Shown here piece by piece: positions 37,788-47,455 of a DNA stretch of 64,000 nucleotides; position 1 is the first letter of the stretch; each line of letters opens with the position of its first letter. Position numbers and translations under genes: made by a program. The DNA comes from Verrucomicrobiota bacterium (GTDB lineage Bacteria > Verrucomicrobiota > Verrucomicrobiia > Opitutales > Cerasicoccaceae): contig JBCBUK010000003.1 in the NCBI GenBank assembly GCA_039818205.1, forward strand, positions 256,001-320,000, in the 5' to 3' direction. The notes beneath the pieces were generated by a model that saw only the letters and a list, made by a program, of their open reading frames with translations, did not search any database and was not told the DNA's origin.

Positions 37788-39617
37788 ATGAAAGACTTTC
37801 TAAAAATCGTTCTCGGTAATCTGACGGCACAAGCCATCGTCGTCTGCACAGGATTCATTTTTCTCATGATTTTCATGGTGATGCTGATCGTTGGCGGATC
37901 GAACGAGCCGGTGCGCATCCAGAATGGTTCGATTGTCGTGGTCGATCTTTGGGCAAACATTAGCGACTCGCCGCAATCGGAGAGTTTGAGCGAGGCTATT
38001 GGCAACTCGCTCAACGGTTCCTATACGCCCAACTATTATCTGCTGGAGCTGATCGATGGCATCGAGCGCGCGGCCGAAGATGACGATGTTGACGGTCTAT
38101 TCCTCCACGGCAGCCTGTTGCCGGTGGGCTATGGCTCTGGGCTGGCAACGGTATCAGAAGTCCGCGATGCCTTGATTGCGTTCAAGGAGACCGGCAAACC
38201 GATTTACGCCTATCTCGTCGATCCGGATATTAGCGATTTCTACCTGATGTCGGTCGCGGACAAGCTTTATATGAATCCGTATGGCCTGGTCAGCTTGAAT
38301 GGCCTTGCTGCCGAGGCGATCTACTTTGGTGATGCCTTCAAAAAATACGGAATCGGCGTCCAAGCCACCAAAGTGGGCAAATACAAGTCGGCGGTGGAGA
38401 CATTTACCGGAAATTCTATGAGCAGTGCCGATCGCGAGCAGTTGACCGAGCTCATCGACGACCTCTGGATGGAAATCGTAACCGATATTGCTGATTCGCG
38501 TGACATGAGCGGGCAGCAGTTGATGGAGCTCACGGATGATCCTGGGTTCTTCATTGCCGACCAGGCGGTGGAGTTCGGTCTGATTGATCAATCCGCATAT
38601 TTTGATGAGGTTATCGCGGATCTACAGGAGAACCACAAATACGACGGCGAAATCGACTCGTTCGCGCAAGTCGCAATGAGTGACTACATTGCCACCCAAG
38701 GTTTCCGTGCCGGTGGGCCGCCATTGTGGCCGTCGGCCAACCAAATCGCGATCGTCTATGCCGAGGGTGAGATTGTCGATGGGGAAGGTTACCCGGAGCA
38801 GGTCGGTGGTGATCGTCTGGCCCGTCAGCTCCGCGATTTGCGGGAAGATGGCAATGTCGCCGCAATCGTTTTGCGAGTTAACAGCCCTGGAGGCAGCGCT
38901 GTCGCATCCGAGGTGATTCAACGCGAGGTCCGCATGGCTGCCGAAACCAAGCCCGTTGTCGTTTCGATGGGGTCTTATGCGGCCAGCGGTGGATATTGGA
39001 TTTCTGCCTATGCTGATCGTATTTTTGCGGAACCTGCGACGGTCACCGGTTCCATTGGCGTGTTTGGTTTGATTCCCAATTTTAAGGAGCTGGCCAATAA
39101 CCACGGTGTGACCTTCGACGGCGTGAAGACCAGCAACTACGCTGACCTTTTCACAATCTCTCGGCCGAAGACCGACGCAGAGATGGAATTGATCCAGCAA
39201 TTTACCGACTATCTCTACGTCGAGTTTATCAACAAGGTTGCCGAGGGCCGCGATCTACCGGTCGATGAGGTGCAAGAAATTGCGCAGGGCAGGGTCTGGA
39301 GTGGGCTGGACGCTCACAAGATTGGCCTGGTTGATGAAATCGGCGGATTGCGCACGGCGATCAACTATGCCGCCGAAGAGGCCGGCGTGAGCTACGATTT
39401 TTCAATCATCCAAGTTCCCGAGGCTCAAGGTCTGGCGGAATCGATTGCGATGCTTATGGAGAGTGCTCCTGGAGCCCCGCCACTGGTTCGCGCCCCCACG
39501 GATGATATCGTGGAGGCAACGATTGGTCGGATTAAGCGCGACCTGGAGATGGTGCGCTCATTCAATGATCCGCGCGGCGTTTATGCCCGCCTACCGTTTT
39601 CGGTCGAAATCCGCTAG
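37788..39617 (+). CDS. sppA: Signal peptide peptidase SppA (67K type)
   Basis: VGKYKSAVE, LRVNSPGGS, AASGGYWI, TGSIGV, IAQGRVWSG. Confidence 0.96.
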   Translation: MKDFLKIVLGNLTAQAIVVCTGFIFLMIFMVMLIVGGSNEPVRIQNGSIVVVDLWANISDSPQSESLSEAIGNSLNGSYTPNYYLLELIDGIERAAEDDDVDGLFLHGSLLPVGYGSGLATVSEVRDALIAFKETGKPIYAYLVDPDISDFYLMSVADKLYMNPYGLVSLNGLAAEAIYFGDAFKKYGIGVQATKVGKYKSAVETFTGNSMSSADREQLTELIDDLWMEIVTDIADSRDMSGQQLMELTDDPGFFIADQAVEFGLIDQSAYFDEVIADLQENHKYDGEIDSFAQVAMSDYIATQGFRAGGPPLWPSANQIAIVYAEGEIVDGEGYPEQVGGDRLARQLRDLREDGNVAAIVLRVNSPGGSAVASEVIQREVRMAAETKPVVVSMGSYAASGGYWISAYADRIFAEPATVTGSIGVFGLIPNFKELANNHGVTFDGVKTSNYADLFTISRPKTDAEMELIQQFTDYLYVEFINKVAEGRDLPVDEVQEIAQGRVWSGLDAHKIGLVDEIGGLRTAINYAAEEAGVSYDFSIIQVPEAQGLAESIAMLMESAPGAPPLVRAPTDDIVEATIGRIKRDLEMVRSFNDPRGVYARLPFSVEIR

Positions 39618-41056
39618 TTGGATTTCGATGCTTGAGGCGGGATGCCGGCATCATCGGCGATGATCATTTCGCCGATCTCAACGCTCGCTTCCCGGTTGGG
39701 TTGCTTGCTGACTGCGACGATGGCAAACTTGCCCTTGGCTGAATCGATCGGAGAAAGCGGCGTCACCCGCCAAACTGCGTTTGCCTTATCGGCAATATCG
39801 AGCTCAACCTCGGGCGGAAAGAGCTCTGCCAACAGGTCGAAATGATCGACTTGGAATCCAAGGCTGCGGAGGAACGCTTTGTTCAATGCGATGGCCGCGC
39901 TGTGGTCAAAACCGTCAATTTCACCAATGTATTCGACGGAAAATAGATACTGTTTGGCGGTTGGAGAGATGCGACCAATGAAGTTGTTCTTATCGTCTAG
40001 AGAAAGTGAAATGGCCTCGGGCATGGTGCCTTCAGTCGCTTCGTTTGCGGCGACTTCGGTTGTTTCTTCAGTTTCCTCAGCAGCGACTTCAGTTTCGCCT
40101 TCCTCAGCAGTTGCCGCGGCAACGGTCTCCTCGACTTCGACCTCGGGTGCTTCTTCGACGCTCACTCCGATGATGTCAGAGTTCTCCTCCGAGGTCGGGA
40201 TGAGTACCAAAGTCTGTTCAATGAGCTTGCCTGATCGCAGGTCGAGTGCGTTGAGCGAATAGATGCCGGCCGATTCAGCTGGGCTGTAAATGACCTCCAC
40301 GAAAATCATCGCTGCCTTGAATTTGGCAAGCGTCGTTAGGCGACCTTCGAAATCGATTTCAAAGCTGTCTTTTTTGGGAGCTATCGTGAATTCGGTGACC
40401 TCTTCCTCGAAGGTGTACCGATTTCCATCATATTTGCTAATTGCCTCGCTCAGCATGGTGGTCAGCTCCTGAGACTTGAGGTGGCGTGCGCTGTCGATAA
40501 CGAAGGCGCCACCGAAATAGATCTTGTTGTAACCCTGGTTCCAGAGTTCGTAGAGAAGGGCCTCGGTTGGGGCTTGAACGGCTTCCTTCAGGGGAAGCGT
40601 GTCCACCTCGTAGGCGACCTGCTGCGCGGCAAAACGCTTTAGCTGGGCATCGCGATTGCTAACGGCTTTTGCCTTCATTTGGTTCAAGCTGGCGTTGAGT
40701 CCTTCCAGTTTTGCCTTGCCCGACTCTGCCATGGCTTTGCCTTTTTTGCGGTCGGCGTCGATTCGGGATTTTTCGACGAACTGGCTGTATTGCTTCTTGG
40801 CGAGCCATTCGCCGGTTTCAATATCGGCTTCGGCTTGTTCAAGCTGGCGCAGGGTGTCGCGCCAGACTCGCAATTCGTCGGGAGTCAGGTTTCGCTCGAC
40901 CTCTTCGTTGGAAATATTGATCACCACCTCTTCAGTCTTCGTCGGCTTCTTTTTGGCCGCAGAGGCGGACAAGCCGCTGAAGAGCATTGCTACAGCAAGC
41001 AGAGCGTGAACAACTGGGAAACGGCGTCGAGACGCGGAAGCGGAGGTATAAGGCAT
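39614..41056 (-). CDS. Secreted hypothetical protein (coiled coil, acidic Glu/Ala/Thr linker)
   Basis: 480-aa ORF; signal peptide ending SASAA; low-complexity EEAPEVEVEETVAAATAEEGETEVAAEETEETTEV. Confidence 0.7.
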   Translation of the reverse strand: MPYTSASASRRRFPVVHALLAVAMLFSGLSASAAKKKPTKTEEVVINISNEEVERNLTPDELRVWRDTLRQLEQAEADIETGEWLAKKQYSQFVEKSRIDADRKKGKAMAESGKAKLEGLNASLNQMKAKAVSNRDAQLKRFAAQQVAYEVDTLPLKEAVQAPTEALLYELWNQGYNKIYFGGAFVIDSARHLKSQELTTMLSEAISKYDGNRYTFEEEVTEFTIAPKKDSFEIDFEGRLTTLAKFKAAMIFVEVIYSPAESAGIYSLNALDLRSGKLIEQTLVLIPTSEENSDIIGVSVEEAPEVEVEETVAAATAEEGETEVAAEETEETTEVAANEATEGTMPEAISLSLDDKNNFIGRISPTAKQYLFSVEYIGEIDGFDHSAAIALNKAFLRSLGFQVDHFDLLAELFPPEVELDIADKANAVWRVTPLSPIDSAKGKFAIVAVSKQPNREASVEIGEMIIADDAGIPPQASKSN

Positions 41057-41205
41057 ATTCTCTTTATCGGTTTTCAGAATAAAAGCTTACTTAGGATAAT
41101 CTTCGTATACTGGGAGCCAAGCCTATATAAATCTATCACTTGAGCAATCAATGTGCGCTGTTCGCAGGTTTGACATTTCGGTAAAGAACTCGTTCTTTGG
41201 GAGGA

Positions 41206-41763
41206 ATGATCAATGAAACGCTCTACTTGACGCGGGATTGCCCCGCAACGTTGATACCGGCTGGTGACATGTTTACTTTGGCTAAGGGAAGTCCCGTTAA
41301 CGTCAACCAGGCTCTCGGTGGCTCGGTCACTATCACCGCACCCAACGGCATGTTTCGAATTGCTCGAGAGAATTTTGATGCTCTGGGCGAGGAAGCTGGT
41401 ATTTGGTTGAAACAACAAGACGGATCGACGGATGAAGAGCTGGATGGCCCGTTTAGTGAAGATAAGGTATGGGCGGTTTTGCGTAACTGTTTCGACCCTG
41501 AAATCCCCGTAAATATTGTGGACCTGGGCTTGATCTACGATTTGACGAGCGAAGAATCGGACGCCGGTAAGCATCGAGTCTCGGTGCAGATGACCCTTAC
41601 GGCCCAAGGCTGTGGTATGGGCCCGGTGATTGCTGCCGACGCCAAAGAGAAAATTGAGGGTCTGGAGGATGTCGATTTTGCCGATGTTCAAATCGTCTGG
41701 GACCCACCTTGGAATCCGAAGATGATTTCTGAAGCTGGTAAGCAGAAATTGGGTCTCACCTAG
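41206..41763 (+). CDS. sufT: Fe-S cluster assembly protein SufT (DUF59 with N-terminal extension)
   Basis: RDCPATLIPAG, QALGGS; CFDPEIPVNIVDLGLIY, MTLTAQGCGMG, WDPPW. Confidence 0.9.
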   Translation: MINETLYLTRDCPATLIPAGDMFTLAKGSPVNVNQALGGSVTITAPNGMFRIARENFDALGEEAGIWLKQQDGSTDEELDGPFSEDKVWAVLRNCFDPEIPVNIVDLGLIYDLTSEESDAGKHRVSVQMTLTAQGCGMGPVIAADAKEKIEGLEDVDFADVQIVWDPPWNPKMISEAGKQKLGLT

Positions 41764-42207
41764 ATGTTTCGGCTGACCGTTCTTGCTGTCGGGAAACTCA
41801 AAAACAAACCTTTGAGTGCCTTAGGCGAGGACTACATGGGGCGGCTTCGACGGCACGGTCGCCTGGATTTGGTCGAAATCAAAGACTCGGATCCAACCGT
41901 AGAGGGCGAGCGATTGTTGGCAGCGCTCAAGACGAGAAGCGATGCCATTTTGTGGGCGCTTTCGGAAGAGGGCAAAACGATGCGGTCGGTCGATCTCGCC
42001 AAGGCGGTCAGCGAGCGTCAAGGCGGTGAGTTTGTCTTTGTAATCGGTGGACCCTTCGGCTTGGTTGATGACGTCAAGGTCCAGGCAGATCGGGTTTTCT
42101 CCCTTTCACCGATGACCTTTACGCATGAGATGGCTCGAGTCCTCTTGCTGGAGCAACTGTATCGAGCGGTTTCGATCAATACTGGATCGAAGTACCATCA
42201 CGATTGA
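41764..42207 (+). CDS. rlmH: 23S rRNA pseudouridine-1915 N3-methyltransferase
   Basis: LAVGKLK, FVIGGPFG, SLSPMTFTHEMARVLLLEQLYRA, YHH. Confidence 0.96.
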   Translation: MFRLTVLAVGKLKNKPLSALGEDYMGRLRRHGRLDLVEIKDSDPTVEGERLLAALKTRSDAILWALSEEGKTMRSVDLAKAVSERQGGEFVFVIGGPFGLVDDVKVQADRVFSLSPMTFTHEMARVLLLEQLYRAVSINTGSKYHHD

Positions 42208-42309
42208 CCCGTGTAAGGGTTGTCGATTCATCGAGAAAACGAGTAGGCCGGCCGATAACTGTGGTAGCCGAATCGCTTGCACCGTTTTTGGTCGCGTTTA
42301 ATGGCTAGT

Positions 42310-42342
42310 TAAAACCAGGAGCCCGTAGTGTGTATGCTCCTG
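42310..42342 (-). terminator. Probable terminator downstream of pyrH
   Basis: Minus strand CAGGAGC-loop-GCTCCTG-GTTTT. Confidence 0.55.
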
Positions 42343-42488
42343 CTGTTCAGGCGATTGCGAGAATCGGAGGTCCAGAAATGAAGCTGATGGAACGGGTAAT
42401 CCCTCGACGGATTTCAGCTGGGAACCAAGGCGATAACTTCTTTCGGCTCAGACCGATCAGCACGATGAGAATGATGGTCTTTTAGTAT

Positions 42489-43238
42489 CTAGCAGACAAG
42501 GGTGCCGATGCTATCGCCTTTGACCGCCTTAAGAATGCTGTCGGGCTCATTCATGTCGAACACGAGAATTGGCAGCTCGTTGTCCAAGCAGAGAGAGAAC
42601 GCGGTCGAGTCCATGACGGCCAGCTGGTCTTTAAGGGCGTCGATGAAGCTGACTTGCTCATATTTTTTGGCGTCCGGATTCTTTGCGGGGTCGCTATCGT
42701 AAACGCCGTCGACCTTGGTCGCTTTTAAAATGATGTCCGCACCGATCTCGCTGGCACGCAATGCGGCTGTGGTATCAGTCGAAAAGTAAGGATTGCCGGT
42801 TCCGGCGACAAAGATCACCACACGGCCCTTCTCAAGGTGGCGAATGGCGCGGCGGAGGATGAATGGTTCGGCAACTTCTTCAATGTGAAGGGCGCTTTGG
42901 ACGCGGACTGGGACGCCGTTTTTTTCGAGGCAATCCATCAGAGCGAGACCATTGATCATGGTGGCCATCATACCCATGAAATCACCTGTGGTGCGGTCGA
43001 CCTGCTGAGCACTCTCCGCACCGAGCTTTCCGCGGAAAATATTTCCGCCGCCGACGACCAGGCCAATTTGGACGCCGAGATCGTGCACTTTCTTGATCTC
43101 GGTCGCGATTCGTTGGAGAATATTGCCACTTATCGTGTCTCCCGAGACGCGGTCGCCCAGCGCCTCACCACTCAGTTTTAAGACAATGCGTTTGTATTTT
43201 GGACTTGGTCCTGTTTCCCCGGTCGAAGCGTCAGCCAT
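42489..43238 (-). CDS. pyrH: UMP kinase
   Basis: [38 protein letters not shown]. Confidence 0.98.
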   Translation of the reverse strand: MADASTGETGPSPKYKRIVLKLSGEALGDRVSGDTISGNILQRIATEIKKVHDLGVQIGLVVGGGNIFRGKLGAESAQQVDRTTGDFMGMMATMINGLALMDCLEKNGVPVRVQSALHIEEVAEPFILRRAIRHLEKGRVVIFVAGTGNPYFSTDTTAALRASEIGADIILKATKVDGVYDSDPAKNPDAKKYEQVSFIDALKDQLAVMDSTAFSLCLDNELPILVFDMNEPDSILKAVKGDSIGTLVC

Positions 43239-43489
43239 AGCGGCGTTTGTTTAAGACTGAAAGAGTGCACGGCGTCAACTCCCTGCTTGAGAAAATAACG
43301 GTGGTGACGGCTGAGGTGGAAAGTCGGATGGAACTGGATTTTTCGTAGCGAATAACAATAATATTTTATTTATGTTACAATATGGTTACTGATTACGGTG
43401 GCTTATAATTTTTCACTTCAAGCCATCATTCACGAGGGGTATTTACAAAATACTTAGATTGCATTTAGGTGTCACTAAGCTATAGATTT

Positions 43490-43995
43490 AGATAAACAAA
43501 AGAGATTTTCGTATACAATCCCAAGATAGTAATAGCTGTTTTTGGGGAAATTCCAAGCAGGTAATTAATATAGAATTAAGAAACAACAAGTTTTGCTCAA
43601 GAAACTATTGATAGTTTTTTGAGTGTTGGGTGTAGATAAGGTGGCGACGCATCAGCTTTAACAGGTCTGAGTTAACGGGCTGACGCGTCGCCGCTGCTTT
43701 GGGGGAGATAATGCTTAGTGAAATTGGCTTACCAAAATAAATGACTTTAGCCATCATATTAGAGTCTTTAGTTTGCTCTCTTGAACGTTCACTAGCAAGC
43801 TTCTAAATTCATTTTGCAGTATAATTTGAGTGTCTTCTGCTAGATCTCCACGGTATTAATGGGTTTAGGAGGCGTTTCTTATCCAGTTGAGTCGCTACTT
43901 AGTAATAAGTATGCGAATTTTGGCATATTCCTCCGTTTTCCAGTATTCATCATGACCTAAGTCCGTAGTGTATTGGGGCGGATATATGCCGCCGA
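43490..43995 (+). ncRNA. Candidate small or structured non-coding RNA(s) in the pyrH-metY gap
   Basis: AT-rich and ORF-free; hairpins at 43520-43547, 43596-43623, 43641-43694, 43892-43916 (GUAA tetraloop) and 43977-43993. Confidence 0.35.
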
Positions 43996-44005
43996 TTGGG
44001 CCGAC

Positions 44006-44037
44006 GAAAAAGCCCGGAGTCAGTCATGCCCGGGCTT
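44006..44037 (-). terminator. Rho-independent terminator of metY
   Basis: Minus strand AAGCCCGG-loop-CCGGGCTT-TTT. Confidence 0.75.
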
Positions 44038-44065
44038 CGATGATTTTGTTATTTGTTGAATCGCG

Positions 44066-45373
44066 CTACGATGCCGTGAGCGCCTGATCGAGGTCGGCAA
44101 TAATGTCGTCCGGTTCTTCGATACCTACGGAGAGTCGGACGTAGTCTTCCGAAACGCCCGTTGTTACCTGTTCCTCCGGTGTCAGCTGGCTGTGTGTGGT
44201 ACTGGCTGGGTGGATAGCTAGGCTCTTGGCATCACCAATGTTGGCAAGGTGGCTGAAGAGATTTAGGGATTCGATAAAGCGTCGACCGCCGTCGAGACCG
44301 GTCTTCAAGCCAAAGCCAAGTAGCGCCCCGGCACCACCATCCAGGTATTTCTCGGCCAGTTCGTGGCTCGGATGCTCCGGCAGCCCAGGATAGTTCACCC
44401 AGCTGACCTTGTCGTGGTCACGGAGGAATCTGGCCACCTTCATCGCGTTACTGGAATGTTGCTTCATCCGCAGGTGTAGGGTTTCAACGCCTAATAGCGT
44501 GAGAAAGCTGTTGTGCGGCGACTGGCAATTTCCGGTGTCGCGCAGGAGTTGGAGGCGCATTTTCATCGCAAATGCAATATTGGCGTCTCCGGCGGGCGGA
44601 AATGCCTTGAAAGCGTCCCAGTGAACGAGTCCGTGGTAGCTGGCATCGGCTTCAGTGAAACCCGGGTGGCGTCCTTGCCCCCAATCGAAGTTGCCTCCGT
44701 CGACGACCATGCCGCCAATGGCGACTCCGTGGCCACCCAGAAACTTGGTGGTCGAGTGCACAACGACGTTTGCGCCGTGTTCCAGCGGGCGGCAAAGTGC
44801 AGGGGAGAGGGCAGTGTTATCAATGATTAACGGAATGCCGTTTTCCGAGGCGATGGCGGCGACTTCAGCGATCGGAAAAATATTCAACCGCGGGTTGCCC
44901 AGCGACTCACCAAAAAACGCGCGGGTATTGGGCTTGATCGCTTCCCGAAAGCTTTCTGGGTTTTCGGCGTCCACGAAACTGACTTCGATTCCGAGTCTCG
45001 GCAGCGTGTAGTGGAAGAGGTTGTAGGTGCCACCGTATAATTGGGAGACTGAGACGATGTGGTCGCCGGCTCCCGCTAGGTTCAAGATGGAATTCGTGAC
45101 CGCGGCTGAACCACTTGCGTGGGCCAGGCCGGCGGTTCCACCTTCCAAGGCAGCGACGCGCTGCTCGAGCACATCGGTGGTTGGATTCATGATCCGGGTG
45201 TAAATGTTACCCAGTTCTTTGAGGCCAAAAAGGTTGGCGGCGTGTTCGGTGTCGCGGAAGGTGTAACTAGTCGTTTGGTAGATCGGTACCGCGCGGCTGT
45301 TGGTGGCCGAGTCTGGCTCGTGGCCGGCGTGAAGGGATAGGGTTCCAATGCCTGGTTTGCGAGATTGGGTCAT
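44066..45373 (-). CDS. metY: O-acetylhomoserine aminocarboxypropyltransferase (sulfhydrylase)
   Basis: PIYQTTSY, GNIYTRIMNPT, LYGGT, HSTTKFLGGHG, HLANIGDAKSL. Confidence 0.93.
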   Translation of the reverse strand: MTQSRKPGIGTLSLHAGHEPDSATNSRAVPIYQTTSYTFRDTEHAANLFGLKELGNIYTRIMNPTTDVLEQRVAALEGGTAGLAHASGSAAVTNSILNLAGAGDHIVSVSQLYGGTYNLFHYTLPRLGIEVSFVDAENPESFREAIKPNTRAFFGESLGNPRLNIFPIAEVAAIASENGIPLIIDNTALSPALCRPLEHGANVVVHSTTKFLGGHGVAIGGMVVDGGNFDWGQGRHPGFTEADASYHGLVHWDAFKAFPPAGDANIAFAMKMRLQLLRDTGNCQSPHNSFLTLLGVETLHLRMKQHSSNAMKVARFLRDHDKVSWVNYPGLPEHPSHELAEKYLDGGAGALLGFGLKTGLDGGRRFIESLNLFSHLANIGDAKSLAIHPASTTHSQLTPEEQVTTGVSEDYVRLSVGIEEPDDIIADLDQALTAS

Positions 45374-45393
45374 AGTGAGCTATCTCATAATGA

Positions 45394-45428
45394 TCCCTGC
45401 GGTTGTGACAAGAGTGATTCCCTGCGGT
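45394..45428. promoter_or_regulatory. 10-bp direct repeat upstream of metY
   Basis: TCCCTGCGGT at 45394-45403 and 45419-45428. Confidence 0.5.
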
Positions 45429-45584
45429 GACGGATTCGCGCCCGATCTGGAGTAGAAATTCGGGCGTTCGAGGTCTCGATTAACCCTCGACAGCGTCATG
45501 GAACCTTTCAACATTGTCCGCTCGATACCGGAGCTTGCTCAGCTTGAGTTGGCCTCGAATAACCGCATTTTCCCAGATTGATCC

Positions 45585-45878
45585 ATGGCACACACCGAAA
45601 TAAACATCGATAAAGTGGCGAGTCTCGCCCGCCTTGACCTGACCGCCGAAGAAAAAGCAACTTTTGCTGAACAGCTTGGGCAGGTGCTTGAACACATGGA
45701 GAAACTGAATGCGCTCAACCTTGACGATGTCGAGCCGACTGCCCATTCGTTTCCGCTCTCGAACGTGCTTGATGAAGACGAGCCGACGCCGGCGTTCACT
45801 CCGGAAGAAGCACTCAAGAATGCGCCAAAAATCCGGGACAACCAAGTCGTCGTACCTAAAGTTGTTGAAGATGCCTAG
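45585..45878 (+). CDS. gatC: Asp/Glu-tRNA amidotransferase subunit C
   Basis: VASLARL, VEPTAH, ALKNAP, VPKV; first gene of gatCAB. Confidence 0.96.
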   Translation: MAHTEINIDKVASLARLDLTAEEKATFAEQLGQVLEHMEKLNALNLDDVEPTAHSFPLSNVLDEDEPTPAFTPEEALKNAPKIRDNQVVVPKVVEDA

Positions 45879-45936
45879 GAGCCTCCGTCGCTGATCCTCG
45901 TTTACCTATTTTGTTGATTCCCGAATCCATTTACCG

Positions 45937-47403
45937 ATGCCTGAATTATACGAACACACTGCCGTCGAGCTGATCCAGCTGTTGGAAAGCGGCCAGACGA
46001 GCGCCCGAGATATCATGTCCGCTTTCCTGGACCGGACCAATGCCGTCGAGTCTCAGATCAATGCGTTCAATGCATTTGATGCGGATGATGCGCTCCGGCA
46101 AGCGGAGGCGTCCGATTCACGACGCAAGGACGGTACCTCACTTGGGCTACTAGATGGGATTCCGGTGGCGCTCAAGGACGTGATTGCGGTGAAGGATCAG
46201 CCATTGACGGCTTCGAGCAAGATCTTGCAAGAGTTTGTGTCCCCATACGATTCTCATGTCACCGAGCTGCTCAAACAGCAGGGAGCCGTGCTCTTTGGTC
46301 GATTGAACCTTGATGAATTTGCGATGGGTTCCTCGACTGAGAATAGCGGCTTTCAACGGACCTCCAATCCGTGGAATCTCGACTGCGTGCCCGGCGGCAG
46401 CTCGGGCGGAAGTGCGGCTGCCGTTGCCGCTTTGGAGGCACCGTTGACCCTGGGTAGCGACACCGGTGGTTCCATTCGACAGCCCGCGGCATTCTGCGGT
46501 GTGGTTGGCATGAAGCCGACCTACGGCTTGGTGTCACGTTACGGATTGATCGCCTTTGCTTCTTCGCTGGATCAGATTGGTCCCTTCACCCGAACGGTGG
46601 AAGACGCGGCTATTTTGCTTCAGGGGATTGTTGGGCACGACCGCCGCGACTCGACTTCGATCAAGATGGAGGTGCCGGATTACCGTGCGGCTCTGGGGCA
46701 GTCAGCGGACAAGAAATGGCGCCTGGGTATCCCGAAGGAATACTTTGGTGATGGGCTTGATCCAGAGGTCCGTGCAGCGGTCGACACGGCGATTAAGACC
46801 TATGAGAGCCAAGGGCACGAGATTATCGAAGTCAGCTTGCCGACCACCGATTTGGCCGTGCCAGTTTACTACATTATCGCGCCTGCTGAGGCATCGTCGA
46901 ATCTTTCTCGCTACGATGGTATCCGCTACGGGCACCGGAGCGACAACGCTAGAAACGCGATTGATGTTTACTACAAGAGCCGCGCAGAAGGGTTTGGCGC
47001 CGAGGTGAAGCGTCGGATTATCCTCGGCTCTTACGTGCTCTCGAGTGGCTACTATGACGCCTACTACCTCAAGGCACAGAAAGCCCGGACCATTATCCGC
47101 AATGACTTTAACGCTGCCTTCGAGAAGTGTGATGCGCTGCTCACACCAACAACGCCGACAGCAGCCTTTAAGGCAGGCGAAAAGACGAGTGATCCGCTCT
47201 CGATGTATTTATCCGATATTTTCACGATCAACGTAAACCTCGCGGGCTTACCGGGCATCAGTGTGCCGTGCGGGTTCACGAGCGATGGTTTGCCGATCGG
47301 CCTGCAAGTCATCGGCCAGGCCTTCAAGGAGGCGGATCTATTGTCGATCGCCCATGCCTACGAGCGGCAGCACAATTGGCATCAAAAGACCGCAGCGCTC
47401 TAA
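45937..47403 (+). CDS. gatA: Asp/Glu-tRNA amidotransferase subunit A
   Basis: DEFAMGSS, PGGSSGGSAAAV, GSDTGGSIRQPA, SSNLSRYDG. Confidence 0.98.
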   Translation: MPELYEHTAVELIQLLESGQTSARDIMSAFLDRTNAVESQINAFNAFDADDALRQAEASDSRRKDGTSLGLLDGIPVALKDVIAVKDQPLTASSKILQEFVSPYDSHVTELLKQQGAVLFGRLNLDEFAMGSSTENSGFQRTSNPWNLDCVPGGSSGGSAAAVAALEAPLTLGSDTGGSIRQPAAFCGVVGMKPTYGLVSRYGLIAFASSLDQIGPFTRTVEDAAILLQGIVGHDRRDSTSIKMEVPDYRAALGQSADKKWRLGIPKEYFGDGLDPEVRAAVDTAIKTYESQGHEIIEVSLPTTDLAVPVYYIIAPAEASSNLSRYDGIRYGHRSDNARNAIDVYYKSRAEGFGAEVKRRIILGSYVLSSGYYDAYYLKAQKARTIIRNDFNAAFEKCDALLTPTTPTAAFKAGEKTSDPLSMYLSDIFTINVNLAGLPGISVPCGFTSDGLPIGLQVIGQAFKEADLLSIAHAYERQHNWHQKTAAL

Positions 47404-47455
47404 GCGGCAACTGCGAAACTGAAACCAACTATTCTCACTTTATAGACGACGTCCC

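Noticed and set aside
43312..43330. GAGGTGGAAAGTCGG resembles the RNase P RNA GAGGAAAGUCC motif
   Set aside because: Motif is imperfect and the matching 3' P4 strand and GC-rich body are absent
43351..43380. dif-like site (ATAA...TTATGTTACAA)
   Set aside because: XerD-like arm is imperfect, the spacer is 8 rather than 6 bp and the XerC arm is unrecognisable; GC skew could not be computed
43463..43485. ATTTAGGTGTCACTAAG resembles the SP6 phage promoter ATTTAGGTGACACTATAG
   Set aside because: One mismatch in the core, the TATAG initiation region is displaced, and there is no vector or phage context; most likely chance
43239..44065. Possible replication origin (AT-rich gap)
   Set aside because: Only one 8/9 DnaA-box match (TGTAGATAA at 43631) and no box cluster or dnaA/dnaN/gidA context
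45374..45584. SAM riboswitch upstream of metY
   Set aside because: No SAM-I (AUC..GAG, kink-turn, GAU) or SAM-II/V consensus found by eye
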